NCBI GenBank assembly: GCA_964016885.1
Contig: OZ024743.1
Location: forward strand, 64,294,001 to 64,358,000
Source of the DNA: Eledone cirrhosa
Taxonomy: Eukaryota
DNA: 64,000 nucleotides
Direction of reading: 5' to 3'
Position 1 is the first letter of the stretch. Each line of letters begins with the position of its first letter. Shown piece after piece: positions 26,708-40,000 of this stretch. The notes under the pieces are model-generated. The model was not told where the DNA came from. It saw nothing but the letters and a program-made list of their open reading frames with translations, and made no database searches. The translations under genes were made by a program, and so were the position numbers.

Positions 26708-27170
26708 TGTATGTATGTATGTATGTATGTATGTATGTATGTATGTGTGTATGTATGTATGTGTGTATGTATGTATGTATGTATGTATGTGTGTATGTAT
26801 GTATGTGTGTATGTATGTATGTGTGTATGTATGTATGTATGTATGTATGTATGTATGTATGTATGTGTGTATGTATGTATGTGTGTATGTATGTATGTGT
26901 GTATGTGTGTATGTATGTATGTGTGTATGTATGTGTGTATGTGTGTATGTGTGTATGTATGTATGTGTGTATGTGTGTATGTGTGTATGTATGTATGTAT
27001 GTATGTGTGTGTATGTATGTGTGTGTGTGTGCATGTATGTATGTGTGTGTGTATGTATGTATGTATGTATGTATGTATGTATGTGTGTATGTGTATGTAT
27101 GTATGTATGTATGTGTGAGTGTATGTATGTATGTGTGTATGTATGTATATATGTATGTATGTGTGTGTAT
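26708..27170. repeat. (TATG)n tract at the 3' end of R4-like copy B
   Basis: Degenerate TATG/TGTG tetranucleotide run. Confidence 0.9.
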
Positions 27171-28810
27171 GTTCTTCTGGTTTTATAATTTCACAAATTG
27201 TTACCAATAGAGAGAGAGAGTCGGTTTCTAACATAGACACAAGATTCTCTCATTGGAATTTACACAAGATCAACTAGGTAGATGTGCATGTATGCATGTG
27301 TAGATATGGATGTTATTGTATGTGTGGATGTGGATGTTTTGAGTTGTATGTGTGCATGTGTATATGCTTTGTATCTGTACATGTGTTTATGCAATTAGAT
27401 GCAAAACTTTTGGAATGTTTTACATACTTTTACTGTTCCATTAATGGATTGTACTTGTAATTTCCTAACTAGTTGTGTTCTTTCTGTTCCTGTGAAGCCT
27501 AGCTTCTCAAGATTTGTATTGAGGCAGTTACTAACATACCCCAGTGCCCCAATAATCACAGGCATAAATCTGAAGGTGTAATCAGGGTGGAGTATCTGCA
27601 GATTTCTCATCAGTTCTGCATAAATATTCTCCTTTTCGCTAATCTTTGATATTATATTGGCATCTGCTGGGCAGCTAATTTCCACTACTGTGCATGCTTT
27701 CTTTTACCTGTCCCATATCATAATATCTGGTCTGTTATGCCTGCATTTTATTGGGGTTTTTACTGGAACATTCCACCAGTACTCTTTCATATTATATATA
27801 TGGATGTCTTCCACATTGTTGTAGCTCTTAGTGTGTCTATTATCGGGGTTATCTTTTCTACGGATTGCATTGTTCAGTGTGTTGGTCACTACATCATGCC
27901 TCATAGGTAGATCGTACCGCGATGACATCTTTGGACGGCTGCTGATGACATGGGTGATATCTTCGATGTTTATTCTGCAGAGTCTGCAATTGTTATCACA
28001 TCTAGGTGTTTTGTCTGCATCCCTATCTCTTTTGTGAATCAGGTATTTCGTGTTAATTTCCTGTTCTTGGATTGCAAAAGCGTATCCTTCAAAGTGGGAG
28101 CCAATATAGGTTGATGGTCCAAGATAGACTACTTTGTTTATCTATATTACTGGTACAGGTGGTGTCAAGTTTCTTACAGGCATAGTTGTTTCAAGGCGCT
28201 GTTCGGCCTTGTTGCTAGGAAGTCTAGTGGCATGGCGACCTGTAGCACGTGTTGTTGATCCCATGTTTGTTTTGGGGGACTTGCAATTAATAATATTTAT
28301 CTTATTTTTACTTTCAACAAACGTCGCTTATTGGTGTAATTGTTTCGCTGTGAAGTGATTTAGCTCTGGGTGCATTTCGTCCCAGTGTAGCTTCATTCTG
28401 TTCATATAGCCAATGGAGGGATTGTTTTTTGCCATTTTATAACAATTAAATAAATCATCATTAAGTTCGCAACTCCAAGAGAAATGCGATTTATAATTTC
28501 GGTTTCTTCTGTAGCTACAACTGAATAAAGTTTGTTTACCTTTCTTGTTGTTTGTCTTCGATACTTCCTTAATTTTGTTGTTGATGTTGTGTTCAGCCAT
28601 GCTGTTTGTAGCAAATCCTTGTAAAATGAATTATGTATTTAGTCGGATATCTCTACGAATTCGAATAGAAGGTGTCTTCAGAAGATATAGTTAGAAGAAT
28701 AACCAGTTATTCAACATGACTGTAGTTGTGGCATTACTGTCGGAGATAGTATTCATCTTAAATTTAATAGTCTCTCACGCCAAAATATGCGACTGATCGC
28801 GTTGACTGTG
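27171..28810 (-). mobile_element. R4/Dong-like element, internally deleted (copy B)
   Basis: The 5' end 28810-28150 matches 37087-37745 and is joined directly to the 3' part 28150-27171, which matches ~40153-41131; the RT domain is missing. Confidence 0.85.
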
Positions 28811-28899
28811 TATGTATGTATGTATGTATGTATGTATGTATGTATGTATGTATGTATGTATGTATGTATGTATGTATGTATGTATGTATGTATGTATGT

Positions 28900-29506
28900 C
28901 AGGTCACCAGTTGGTGCTACTGGTAACATGTATCCCAGTACAACCTGTCCCATGGTCGGGTCGTTGGCGACTAAACTGGCAACCCTACCAAGGTTTCTTG
29001 GTGAGGAGGGTGACTTTGGACATCCTGCAAGACTAAAAACAAAACCTGTCAAAGGGAAAAGGAGCTCTTAAGAGTCAATGGCCATCCAAAATCACCGGGT
29101 GAGATGACCCCTTAGCCTTTGTCAAGGCAGAATACTAGGAGAAGGAAAACTCTGATATAACACCTGCAACCCTGATTGTATCCAATGATGTTGACTTGTT
29201 CTTCTTTTTGGTAAATATCATCTTGGTTAAGAGAGTGGGACTGGCTTTGTGCAGTGCCTTTGCTCACTATAAAAGCTTCACGGCTCAGGCATTGCTTTAT
29301 ATCTGGACATCTCTCTGCACTTGTCGTCACATGGTACCATGAGCCCAGCACTATGTGTCAATAATTGTCGCAAGTGTAGTGTTTGTACCAGAGTTTTCAA
29401 GTCACTGGCTGGACTAAACGGTCACACTCGCTCAGCGCATCGGTAGGAGTTCTTCTACATGGATATAAAGTAGTGGCCGTACTCGAAAACGAGTTGGCAG
29501 CCACCA
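28900..29506 (+). mobile_element. ~600-bp non-autonomous RTE-derived element (copy 1)
   Basis: RTE-5'UTR-like CTAGGAGAAGGAAAACTCTGA; 3' hairpin ACTCG(AAAA)CGAGT followed by (TATG)n; homologous copies at 34375 and 62647. Confidence 0.75.
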
Positions 29507-29589
29507 TGTATGTTTGTATGTATGTATGTATGTATAGATGTATGTGTGTATGTAATTATGTATTTGTGTATGTATATATGTATGTATGT

Positions 29590-30040
29590 TTGTCTGCTGA
29601 TGCATGGGAAAGAGTAGCTGCTGCTCGTAATAAATGAAGAAAGACTGTTCATGAGGGGAAAGTTGTCTTTGAGGCATCTCGAATCGCATACGAGAAAGTA
29701 AAGCGGGATGTGATGAAGGGCATTGCTGTTGCATTTCCAGACAGCGAAGATCCTCCTATGGCGCTGACATGCAGCGTCTGTGCGAGACTCTGCCTCAGCA
29801 AAGCTGAATTCAAAAGTCATCTTCGCAGTCATAAAGTGAAACCAGTGGTTGACTACCAGACTGCTGTTGGAGATGCTACTCATCATACCTATCAGACATG
29901 TGGAAGAGAGTGTAGATCAGCGGGAGGGCTCAACGACATGCAAAAGTACATGAACTCCAGCCACAGCCAGCTATTGCCAGTGAATGTTTTGGTTGCCAAC
30001 TCTGTGCAACACATTTTAGATCATTGGCCGGGCTAAAAAG
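29590..30040 (+). mobile_element. RTE LINE 3' ORF remnant with C2H2 zinc fingers
   Basis: WERVAAARNK*R then CSVCARLCLSKAEFKSHLRSH, (Y)QTCGRECRSAGGL and a third degraded finger FRSLAGLKS. Confidence 0.65.
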
Positions 30041-30126
30041 TCCGTTAATTTTTATGTATGTGATGTGTATGTGTATATGTATATATAGATATGTATATGT
30101 GCGTGTGTGTGTATATATATATAATT

Positions 30127-30710
30127 TTATTCGAGTCCATAGTGAACATCGACTCGCCGCCTTCCTTAGGCCAGGAAGAGCAGCCAATTTTTCTCTGTCT
30201 GGTGGCAGTTGCGAAAGAGGTTATATGGTGGACTAGATTGAAAGGACTGAAGGCAGACACTCTTCTCTTCGGTCAATCCCTCATCAACTTCTTCAAGTTT
30301 CACCTGGAAAGGAAGGTGAGGGTGGAGGGAGAAGTGCTCCCCCCCCCCCAGTACATTTGCTAAAAGGTGGATGAATGTGGCGAGAATGGCCCGTGTGAAT
30401 GGGCCTACTCTGACCATGCGCCTATAGGTTAGCTAATTTGAGGAGGAGAGGGGTGCTCTCCCCGGGTGCCCTAGAAGCGCAGGGTGGTTCAGGATTAGTG
30501 GGGTACCTTAGTCATAACTGAGACGCCCCCCCCCCCATATAGGGGAATTTATTTTGTTATATTTATGCATAGTTTATTTTATATTTTTTATATCTTCATT
30601 GTTAAATTAGTCTTGCCATTGCGCACTTTTACTCGACCTTATTGTAAACCCCCACTGTCCCTGTCTTTGTATTGTCCCCTACATGTCGGCCCTTGTGGCC
30701 AATAAATGAA
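30127..30710 (+). mobile_element. L1/Tx1-like LINE 3' end
   Basis: FLCLVAVAKEVIWWTR..LINFFKFHL..(F)AKRW resembles an ORF2 C-terminus; T-rich 3' UTR and AATAAA at 30701. Confidence 0.6.
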
Positions 30711-30713
30711 ATC

Positions 30714-30892
30714 GGGATTGGCAGTATCGGTGGAGGGTCGGACGCCATGCTTTACAGCACAGTTACGTCTCTTTACGGACTGAGTTTAAATCCCGCCGAG
30801 GTTAACTTTGCCTTTCATCCTTACGGGGTCGATAAAATAAAGTACCAGTAATGTACTGTGTAATTGCTGGCCTTGTGCCAAAAGTAGAAACA

Positions 30893-30940
<48 letters not shown>
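30714..30940 (+). mobile_element. SINE S1 with (ATT)n tail
   Basis: Matches 3127-3310, followed by (TAT)n. Confidence 0.9.
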
Positions 30941-31087
30941 GTTCTTTGAGTCTCAGTCATTGATGTTGGTTAACTGGAAGGTTTGTTGAAATGAATATCA
31001 AGCCACTACCTGCAGCCTCAGATATTCAGGACGTATCGGAGGGTTCTTGCTGTTCCAAGCAAGCATGCCTTTTGAAGTGTTCCAAAA

Positions 31088-31144
<57 letters not shown>

Positions 31145-31329
31145 TTTTTTTTTTTTTTTTTTTTTTTACGTGTAGGAAGGAGTGTAGGGTGGGGTAGGAA
31201 GGGTTGTAGGGGCAGGGGGAGGAGTAAAGCATGAACTCAATGAAGCATGACGTAACAGATATGTGAATCAGAAATGTGATATTAGAAATGTGACAGATTG
31301 TTAATTGTTAAACTCTGTAGTGAGAGTTG

Positions 31330-32850
31330 TGATGTTGATCGTGATGATGGTGTTAGTGTCGGTGCTGGTCGTTTTGGTGGTAGTGGTTATGGTGTTAGGG
31401 GGGAGGTGTAGTGGTGGTATTGTTGGTGTGAGTAGTGGTTGTGGTGTTGTAGTGGTGTTGGTCGTGGTGGTGGTGGTGGTTATGGTGTTGGGGGGGTCGT
31501 GGTGGTGTTGTTGGTGTGGGTGGTGGTTGTGGTGTTGTAGTGGTGTTGGTCGTGGTGGTGGTGGTGGTGGTTATGGTGTTGGGGTGGTCGTGGTGGTGTT
31601 GTTGGTGTGGGTGGTGGTTGTGGTGTCGTACGTAATGGTGTGGGGTGGGTCGTGTTAGTAATGTTGGTGTGGGTGGTGGTGTTGGTCATCGTGGTGTTTG
31701 TGACGGAGATTGTAGTGGTGGTGTTGATGGGGTTTAGTCGTGGTGGTGGTATCGTTGGTGTGGTTGTTGTGGTAGTTTAGGTGGTGTTGGTGGAGGTGTC
31801 GTGGTTGCTGAGGTTGTGGAGGTGGTTGTGGTGGTGGTTGTAGTGGTGGCTGAGGTTGTGGAGGTGGTGGTGGTGGTGGTTGTAGTGGTGGCTGAGGTTG
31901 TGGGAGGTGGTTGTGGTGGTGGTTGTAGTGGTGGCTGAGGTTGAGGGAGGTGGTTGTGGTGGTGGTTGTAGTGGTGGCTGAGGTTGTGGGAGGTGGTTGT
32001 GGTGGTGGTTGTAGTGGTGGCTGAGGTTGTGGGAGGTGGTTGTGGTGGTGGTTGTAGTGGTGGCTGAGGTTGTGGGAGGTGGTTTAGGTGGTGGTTGTAG
32101 TGGTGGCTGAGGTTGTGGGAGGTGGTTGTAGTGGTGGCTGAGGTTGTGGGAGGTGGTTGTGGTGGTGGTTGTAGTGGTGGCTGAGGTTGTGGGAGGTGGT
32201 TGTGGTGGTGGTTGTAGTGGTGGCTGAGGTTGAGGGAGGTGGTTGTGGTGGTGGTTGTAGCGGTGGCTGAGGTTGTGGGAGGTGGTTGTGGTGGTGGTTG
32301 TAGTGGTGGCTGAGGTTGTGGGAGGTGGTTGTGGTGGTGGTTGTAGTGGTGGCTGAGGTTGTGGAGGTGGTTGTGGTGGTGGTTGTAGTGGTGGCTGAGG
32401 TTGTGGAGGTGGTGGTGGTGGTGGTTGTAGTGGTGGCTGAGGTTGTGGAGGTGGTGGTGGTGGTGGTTGTAGTGGTGGTTGTAGTGGTGGCTGAGGTTGT
32501 GGGAGGTGGTTGTGGTGGTGGTTGTAGTGGTGGCTGAGGTTGTGGGAGGTGGTTGTGGTGGTGGTTGTAGTGGTGGCTGAGGTTGAGGGAGGTGGTTGTG
32601 GTGGTGGTTGTAGCGGTGGCTGAGGTTGTGGGAGGTGGTTGTGGTGGTGGTTGTAGTGGTGGCTGAGGTTGTGGGAGGTGGTTGTGGTGGTGGTTGTAGT
32701 GGTGGCTGAGGTTGTGGAGGTGGTTGTGGTGGTGGTTGTAGTGGTGGCTGAGGTTGTGGAGGTGGTGGTGGTGGTGGTTGTAGTGGTGGTTGTAGTGGTG
32801 GCTGAGGTTGTGTTGGTTGTAGTGATGGTAATGGTGATAATGGTGATTGT
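31330..32850. repeat. GT-rich tract with a 42-43-bp minisatellite (~31800-32810)
   Basis: Unit GAGGTTGTGG(G)AGGTGGTTGTGGTGGTGGTTGTAGTGGTGGCT in tandem. Confidence 0.9.
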
Positions 32851-33011
32851 GACATCTTACTAAAGGTGATAAACTACTTGATCTTTGAATCAGCCTGAGA
32901 TGTGCCCTGACGGAATACAGGAATACACTTCCTATGTACGTGTGCGGTGGAACGTGGAGACGATGTACATATAGATGAGGGATATATGTGTATGGGACGG
33001 CGTTGGAACAT

Positions 33012-33057
<46 letters not shown>

Positions 33058-33095
33058 GTATATATGAAAAACCACAGACCCTCCATCTCAACTCA

Positions 33096-33133
33096 CCTTT
33101 TGAAAAGCAGAAGAACTGCGAAACCGGTAAAGG
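33096..33133 (+). ncRNA. Minimal hammerhead motif, variant core TTGAAAA
   Basis: CCTT-TTGAAAA-GCAG(AAGAA)CTGC-GAA-ACCGGT-A-AAGG. Confidence 0.7.
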
Positions 33134-33261
33134 AACCAAATAAATATATATATATTTTTAAAAATAAGACTCCAGTTGCATTTTCGATTTCATTTTATTT
33201 TTCATACTTTCACTCGTGTAGGACACCTCTGTTATTTTTCATTTTGCAAAAAAAACCTCAC

Positions 33262-33314
<53 letters not shown>

Positions 33315-33591
33315 CTGCTGACGATCTTTATTTTCTATATTTATGCTTTGTGATCCTGTCTCTACTTTTTGTGCTCCTGAGGAAGGGCTAGAGCCCGATA
33401 GATGAATTTTCTTTCCCTTTTTCCATATAAAGTGTGAAACTAATAAACATTTTTGTATTTCTGTTTTGTCGTTTCCTCGAACAATACACACACACACACA
33501 CACATACACACACACATACACACACACATATACACCCCCCACCCATATATATATATATATATATCACATATATATATATATATATATATAT

Positions 33592-33673
<82 letters not shown>

Positions 33674-33719
33674 ATATATATATATATCACATTTGGAAAC
33701 TGCTTCGAAGAATCGAGAG

Positions 33720-33808
33720 GTATCTGAGGAACTTGCGATTTCAGAGTCAGGTTCGATCATTGCATCGATCGTGCCTTGAGCTGGTCGCCAGAGAAACGAT
33801 TGTAATAT
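33720..33808 (+). ncRNA. Hammerhead motif with long stem II (family L)
   Basis: GTAT-CTGAGGA-ACTTGCGATT...GGTCGCCAGA-GAA-ACGATTGT-A-ATAT. Confidence 0.7.
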
Positions 33809-33934
33809 GTCTAACAAATTTTATTTGTCGCACCACTGATTCTCCGTTTCTTATGTGATATTATTCTCTGCTCTGTAAAAGCATCGAGTGCTCAAACGGC
33901 CGACCGCATACGGACGCTTTAAGCATCCCACACC

Positions 33935-33970
<36 letters not shown>

Positions 33971-34252
33971 GTTTCGCTCCGTCATAGCTGTATACATATA
34001 AGTAAATGAATTTCGTATATTAATGATATATGGTATGCTTAATAAATAAACATTTAGAAAGTCTTCTAGCTATGAATATTGAAAGGCTAACGGCTAGTGC
34101 CGTCTAGCGGATATTGTGGGAAGGTAGCCAATGTCCAATAGTTATCATGACCATTAAATATGATTTAAAGATGTGATAATATCAACCCAAAGTCATATCA
34201 ATACTATCACAAGAAATAATACGAAGCTCACTGAAATAAAGAAAGCTTTCAC

Positions 34253-34283
<31 letters not shown>

Positions 34284-34374
34284 ACTATAATACATTCATG
34301 CATACATGCATTCATACATGCATTCATTCATACATACATACATACATACATACATACATACATACATACATACA

Positions 34375-34974
34375 TGGTGGCTGCCAACTCGTTTTCGAGT
34401 ACGGCCACTACTTTATATCCATGTAGGAGAACCCCTACCGTTGCGCTGAACGAGTGTGACTTTTTAGTCCGGCCAGCGACTTCAAAACTCTGGTACAAAC
34501 ACTACACTTGTGACAATTATTGACACATAGTGCTGGGCCCATGGTATCATGTGACGACAAGTGCAGAGAGATCTCCAGATATAAAGCAATGCCTGTGCCG
34601 TGAAGCTTTTATAGTGAGCAAAGGCACTGCACAAAGCCAGTCCCACTCCCTTAACCAAGATGATATTTACCAAAAAGAAGAACAAGTCAACATCATTGGA
34701 TACCATCAGGGTTGCAGGTGTTATATCAGAGTTTCCTACTCCTAGAATTCTGCCTTGACAAAGGCTAAGGAGTCATCTCTCCCGATGATTTGGGATGACC
34801 ATTGACTTAAGAGCTACTTTGCCTTTTGACAGGTTTTGTTTTTAGTCCTGCAGGATGTCCAAGTCACCCTCCTCACCAAGAAACCTTGGAGGGGTTGCCA
34901 GTTTAGTCGCCAACGACCCGACCATGAAACAGGTTGTACTGGGATACATGTTACCAGTAGCACCAACTGGTGAC
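34375..34974 (-). mobile_element. ~600-bp non-autonomous RTE-derived element (copy 2)
   Basis: Reverse complement of 28900-29506; (CATA)n on both sides. Confidence 0.75.
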
Positions 34975-35009
34975 ATACATACATACATATATACATACAT
35001 ACATGCATA

Positions 35010-36950
35010 CATATCGATTCTGTTCCCCACTCTTGGATGATAGAGGCCCTCCAACTGTCTAAAGTCCCAGACATTGTTATCAGAGCCATAGAGAAGCTGT
35101 CTTCTTCTTGGGCTACTATCCTAAGGCTAAAGACAGAGAGAGAGGACTCTATTTTCACTGATAAAATAAAATATCGCAGGGGTATATTTCAGGGAGACAG
35201 TCTCTCTGTGATATTATTCATCTTGTCATTAAACCCCTTGTCCTTTCTGCTCTAGAAAAGGGGAAGGATTGGCTCACAGGAGGACAGAAATACGAACCTG
35301 ACTCATAATTTCTTTATGGATGATCTGAAACTCTATGCCAAGAACGTGGATGGGATGAAGACAAATCTTGACCTGGTTACAACGTTCTCAAAGCATATAG
35401 GAATGGAGTTTGGCCAAGATAAATGCTCATATATGACTGTAAAGCGGGGAAAAACAACAACCCAATCTAGCAACATTGTCGTCAATGGCCTAACTGTTTC
35501 ACCGATATCTGATGAGGACTGCTACAGATACCTGGGGATAGATGAGAACATATCATATAATGGTATCTGTAATAAGGAACGCGTAACCAGGAAATACTAC
35601 ACCCGATTAAGATTTGGTCATCGGAACTCTCTGCGCAAAATAAAACAGTGGCTCACAATGTGTTTGCTGTACCTGTCCTAACACCAACTTTTGGAATACT
35701 CAATTGGACGATAGACGAAATCCGAGCGATTGATGTTGGAATTCAAAAAATACTAAACACCGGAAACCTCCACATCAACAGTGACATAGACTGCCTTTAC
35801 TTGAAACGTAAGCAGGGGGGCAGGGGCCTAACATCAGTCCAGACAGCATTTGAATGTCGCATCATATCCCTCCGACAACATCTACGGACCTCGAAGCGTA
35901 GGAGCCTGTCTCTCAAGCAAGTCTATCTACATGAAATAGATAAGATCATGAGAGTTGGGAAGGAACTCCCCGAGAGATATTCCCTGTGTGATAATCAAAA
36001 ACTCACACCCAGGGAAGTCGCTAAGCAGTATCGCAGTGAATCCAAGGGTGAAAAACTGCATGCTTATCAGCAAAACATCATGCATAGATATGTTGCCAGG
36101 AAGCTCCAGAGTGAGAGTAATATAGATAAGGAAAGTAGTCTATCTTGGATCAACAACCGCCATATTGGCTCCCACTTTGAAGGATACGATTTTGCAATCC
36201 AAGAACAGGAAATTAACACGAAATACCTGATTCACAAAAGAGATAGGGATGCAGGCAAAACACCTAGATGTGATAACAAGTGCAGACTCTGCAGAACTAA
36301 CATCGAGGATATCACCCATGTCATCAGCAGCTGTCCAAGATGTCATCGCGGTACTATCTACCTATGAGGCATGATGCAGTGACCAAGAAACTGTACAATG
36401 CAATCCGTAGAAAAGATAGCCCCGATAATAAACACATTAAAAGCTACAGCAATGTAGAAGACATCCATGTACATAATATGAAAGAGTACTGGTGGAATGT
36501 TCCAGTAAAAACCCCAATAAAATGCAGGCATAACAGACCAGATATAATGATATGAGACAGGGGAAAGAAGGCATGCAGAGTAGTGAAAATTAGCTGCCCA
36601 GCAGATGCCAATATAATATCAAAGATTAGCGAAAAGGAGAATATTTATGCAGAACTAATAAGAAATCTACAAATACTCCACCCTCATTACACCTTCAGAT
36701 TTATGCCTGTGATTATTGGGGCACTGGGATATGTTAGTAACTGCCTCAATACAAATCTTGAGAAGCTGGGCTTGACAGGAACAGAAAAAACACAGCTAGT
36801 TAGGAAATTACAAGTATAATCCAACAGTAAAAATATGTAAAACATTCCAAAAGTTTTGCATCTAATAACTGCATATACACATGTAGAGATACAAAGCACA
36901 TATACATATGGACATATACAACTCAAAACATACACATCTACACATACACA
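35010..36950 (+). mobile_element. R4/Dong-like element, 5'-truncated (copy C): RT plus RLE
   Basis: DSVPHSWMIEAL, GIFQGDSLS, FMDDLKLYA, YRYLGI, GGRGL, CRLC, RHD, RPDI; frameshifted. Confidence 0.9.
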
Positions 36951-37086
36951 CATGCATACACACATACATACAAACATACATACATACATACATACATACA
37001 TACATACATACATACATACATACATACATACATACATACATACATACATACATACATACATACATGCATACATACATATACATATA

Positions 37087-40000
37087 CAGTCAACGCGATC
37101 AGTCGCATATTTTGGCGTGGGAGACTATTTATTAGATTTAAGATGAATACTATCTCCAACAGTAATGCCACAACTACAGTCATGTTGAATAACTGGTTAT
37201 TCTTCTAAATATATCTTCTGAAGACACCTTTTATTCGAATTCGTAGAGATATCCGACTAAATACATAATTCATTTTACAAGGATTTACTACAAACAGCAT
37301 GGCTGAACACAACATCATCAACAACAATATCAGTGGAGAACCGAAGAAAAACGAGAAAGGTAAACAAACTTTATTCAGTTGTAGCTACAGAAGAAACCCA
37401 AATTATAAATCGCATTTCTCTTGGAGTTGCGAACTTAATAATGATTTATTTAATTGTTATAAAATGGCAAAAAACAATCCCTCCATTGGCTATATGAACA
37501 GAATGAAGCTACACTGGGACGAAATACACCCAGAGATAAATCACTTCACAGCGAAACAATTACGCCAATAAGCGACGTTTGTTGAAAGTAAAAATAAGAT
37601 AAATAGTATTAATTACAAGTCCCCCAAAACAAACATGGAATCAACAACACGTGAACAGGTCGCCATGCTACTAGACTTCCTAGCAGCCATGTCGAACGGT
37701 GCCTTGAAAGAATATGCCTGTAAGAAATTTGACACCACGTGTACCATCTAAGTCTACCTCGAATGCTGGGGAAAACACTATCGATAATAATAATAATCGA
37801 AGAAATAATAATAATCGAAGAAATTTGACACCATGTGTACCATCTAAGTCTACCTCGAATGCTGGGGAAAACACTATTGATAATAATAATAATCGAAGAA
37901 ATTTGACACCATGTGTACCATCCGAGTCTACCTCGACTATTGTGGAAAATACTATCGATAATGATAATAATCAAAAGTATAAACAATTGAAAATTTCCCT
38001 CAACGAAATCTTCCAGAGAGAAATTAATTCATGTATAAACATTTCCCTTGCTGAACGTTTTAAAACAACAATATTTAATAAAAAAAAAAATAAATAAAAA
38101 ACCAAATAATGAAATATTACGTGTTATTGACGAAATAGGGGATGAATATTTACGACGGATAAACACCCCAACATTTTGGCAAATCAAAGCCTGTTTATAT
38201 GCCTTAGCAACGACAGTGAAGCATTATCTTGGTGGTAACAGAGATATTAACAAGAACAAAACACCACCAAAAATACCATCATATATAACTAAAATAGAAA
38301 AAAAAGAATTCTGACCTACGAAAACCATAGGATATGTGACAATGCTCTTTACATGGAAACCAACACAAAAAAAACCTCACTCCTCACCAACAAAGAGTGA
38401 CAAATAAAATAGAGACAATGTCTGGTAACAGTAGAACCAGAACTCTCCAATATAAGCTGATCACCCTCAAACAAGAATTGAGAGCTGTCAGCGAAAAACG
38501 CTGATACCTGAAAAAGGTAGATGAAAGAAAAGTGCTTAATAAAAGATTCAGACGAAACCAAACATCAGTCTATAGAGATATGAAGGGCAAAATAATAAGT
38601 TTCACTGAGGCCCCATCCCAGAAAGACATAGATTCCTTTTGGAGAAAAATATGGGGTGAAAAGAAGAATTTCAACCCAGGTGTAGTGTAGCTAAAAGAAA
38701 TCCAAAATAACTATTGCTCCTACACTACAACAAAAACATACGAAATAAGTGAGGATACCCTTGAGACTGTGATAGGAAAACTCCAAGATAAGAAAACATC
38801 AGGAAGGAACATGATTGTCGGCTACTGGTACAAAAAAACTGATATTCTATCGGAGGTATCTTACCGATCTCTACCAACAAGTTCATAAGGGAAATACACT
38901 TATACCAGAATGGTTAACATTAGCACAAACATTACTGGTCCCCAAGCACAAAGACACCCACTTAGCAAAAAAAACTACCGTCCCATTGCATGCCAGAACC
39001 TGGTGTATAAGATGTATGCAGCCTGCCTGAACCTATTCCTCCAAGATCACTGAGAAAATAATAGCATCATCACAGATGAACAAGCAGCTGGAAAGAAAGA
39101 GGTTTGGTGAACAACTCCTAATCAACAAAACTGCGATCTCGGAGGTGCGACAACTTAGGAGGAATATGGCTACATTCTGGCTGGACTACAGGAATGCTTT
39201 CGATTCTGTTCCCCACTATTATCAGAGGCATAGAGAAGCTGTCTTCTTCTTGGGCTACTATCCTAAAGGTAAAGACAGAGAAGTAGGACTCTATTTTCAC
39301 TGATAAAATAAAATATCGTTGGCTCACAGGCGGACATAAATACGAACCTAACCCATAATTTCTTTGTGGACGATCTGAAACTCTATGCCAAGAACATGGA
39401 TGGGATGAAGACAAATCTTGACCTGGTTATAACATTCTCAAAGCATATAGGAATGGAGTATGGCCAAGATAAATGCTGGGGAAAAACAACAACCCAATCT
39501 AGTAACATTTGTATCAATGGCCTAACTGTTTCACCAATATCTGATGAGGACTGCTGCAGATACCTGGGGATAAATGAGAACATATCCTATAATGGTATCT
39601 GTAATAAGGAACGCGTAACCAGGGAATACTACACCCGATTAAGAAAGATTTGGCCAGCGGAACTCTCTGCGCAAAACAAAACAGTGGCTCACAATGTGTT
39701 TGCTGTGCCTGTCCTAACACCAACTTTTGGAATAATCTATTGGACGAGAGACGAAATCCGAGCGATTGATGTTGGAACTCAAAAAATACTAAACACTGGA
39801 AACCTCCACATCAACAGTGACATAGACCGCCTTTACTTGAAACGTAAGCAGGGAGGCAGAGGCCTAACATCTGTCCAGACAGCATTTGAATGTCGCATCA
39901 TATCTCTCCTACAACATCTACGAACCTCAAAGCGTAGGAGCCTGTCTCTCAAGCAAGTCTATCTGCATGAAACAGATAAGATCATGAGAGTTAGGAAGGA

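Noticed and set aside
28900-28985. HDV-like ribozyme at the 5' end of the 600-bp element
   Set aside because: A P2 and CUAA-like match exists, but I could not place P1 or a proper L3 loop.
31734-33139. Pro/Thr/His-rich extensin- or mucin-like ORFs (also 7027-8048, 57890-58466)
   Set aside because: Simple GGT/CAC repeats with frame-shifting 42/43-bp units; no supporting gene structure.
33372-33412. CTGAGGA-A-GGGC(TAGA)GCCC-GATA
   Set aside because: GAAA is mutated and stems I and III do not close. Similar partial motifs near 19750-19795, 22590-22625, 24167-24255 and 50872-50895 were also not counted.
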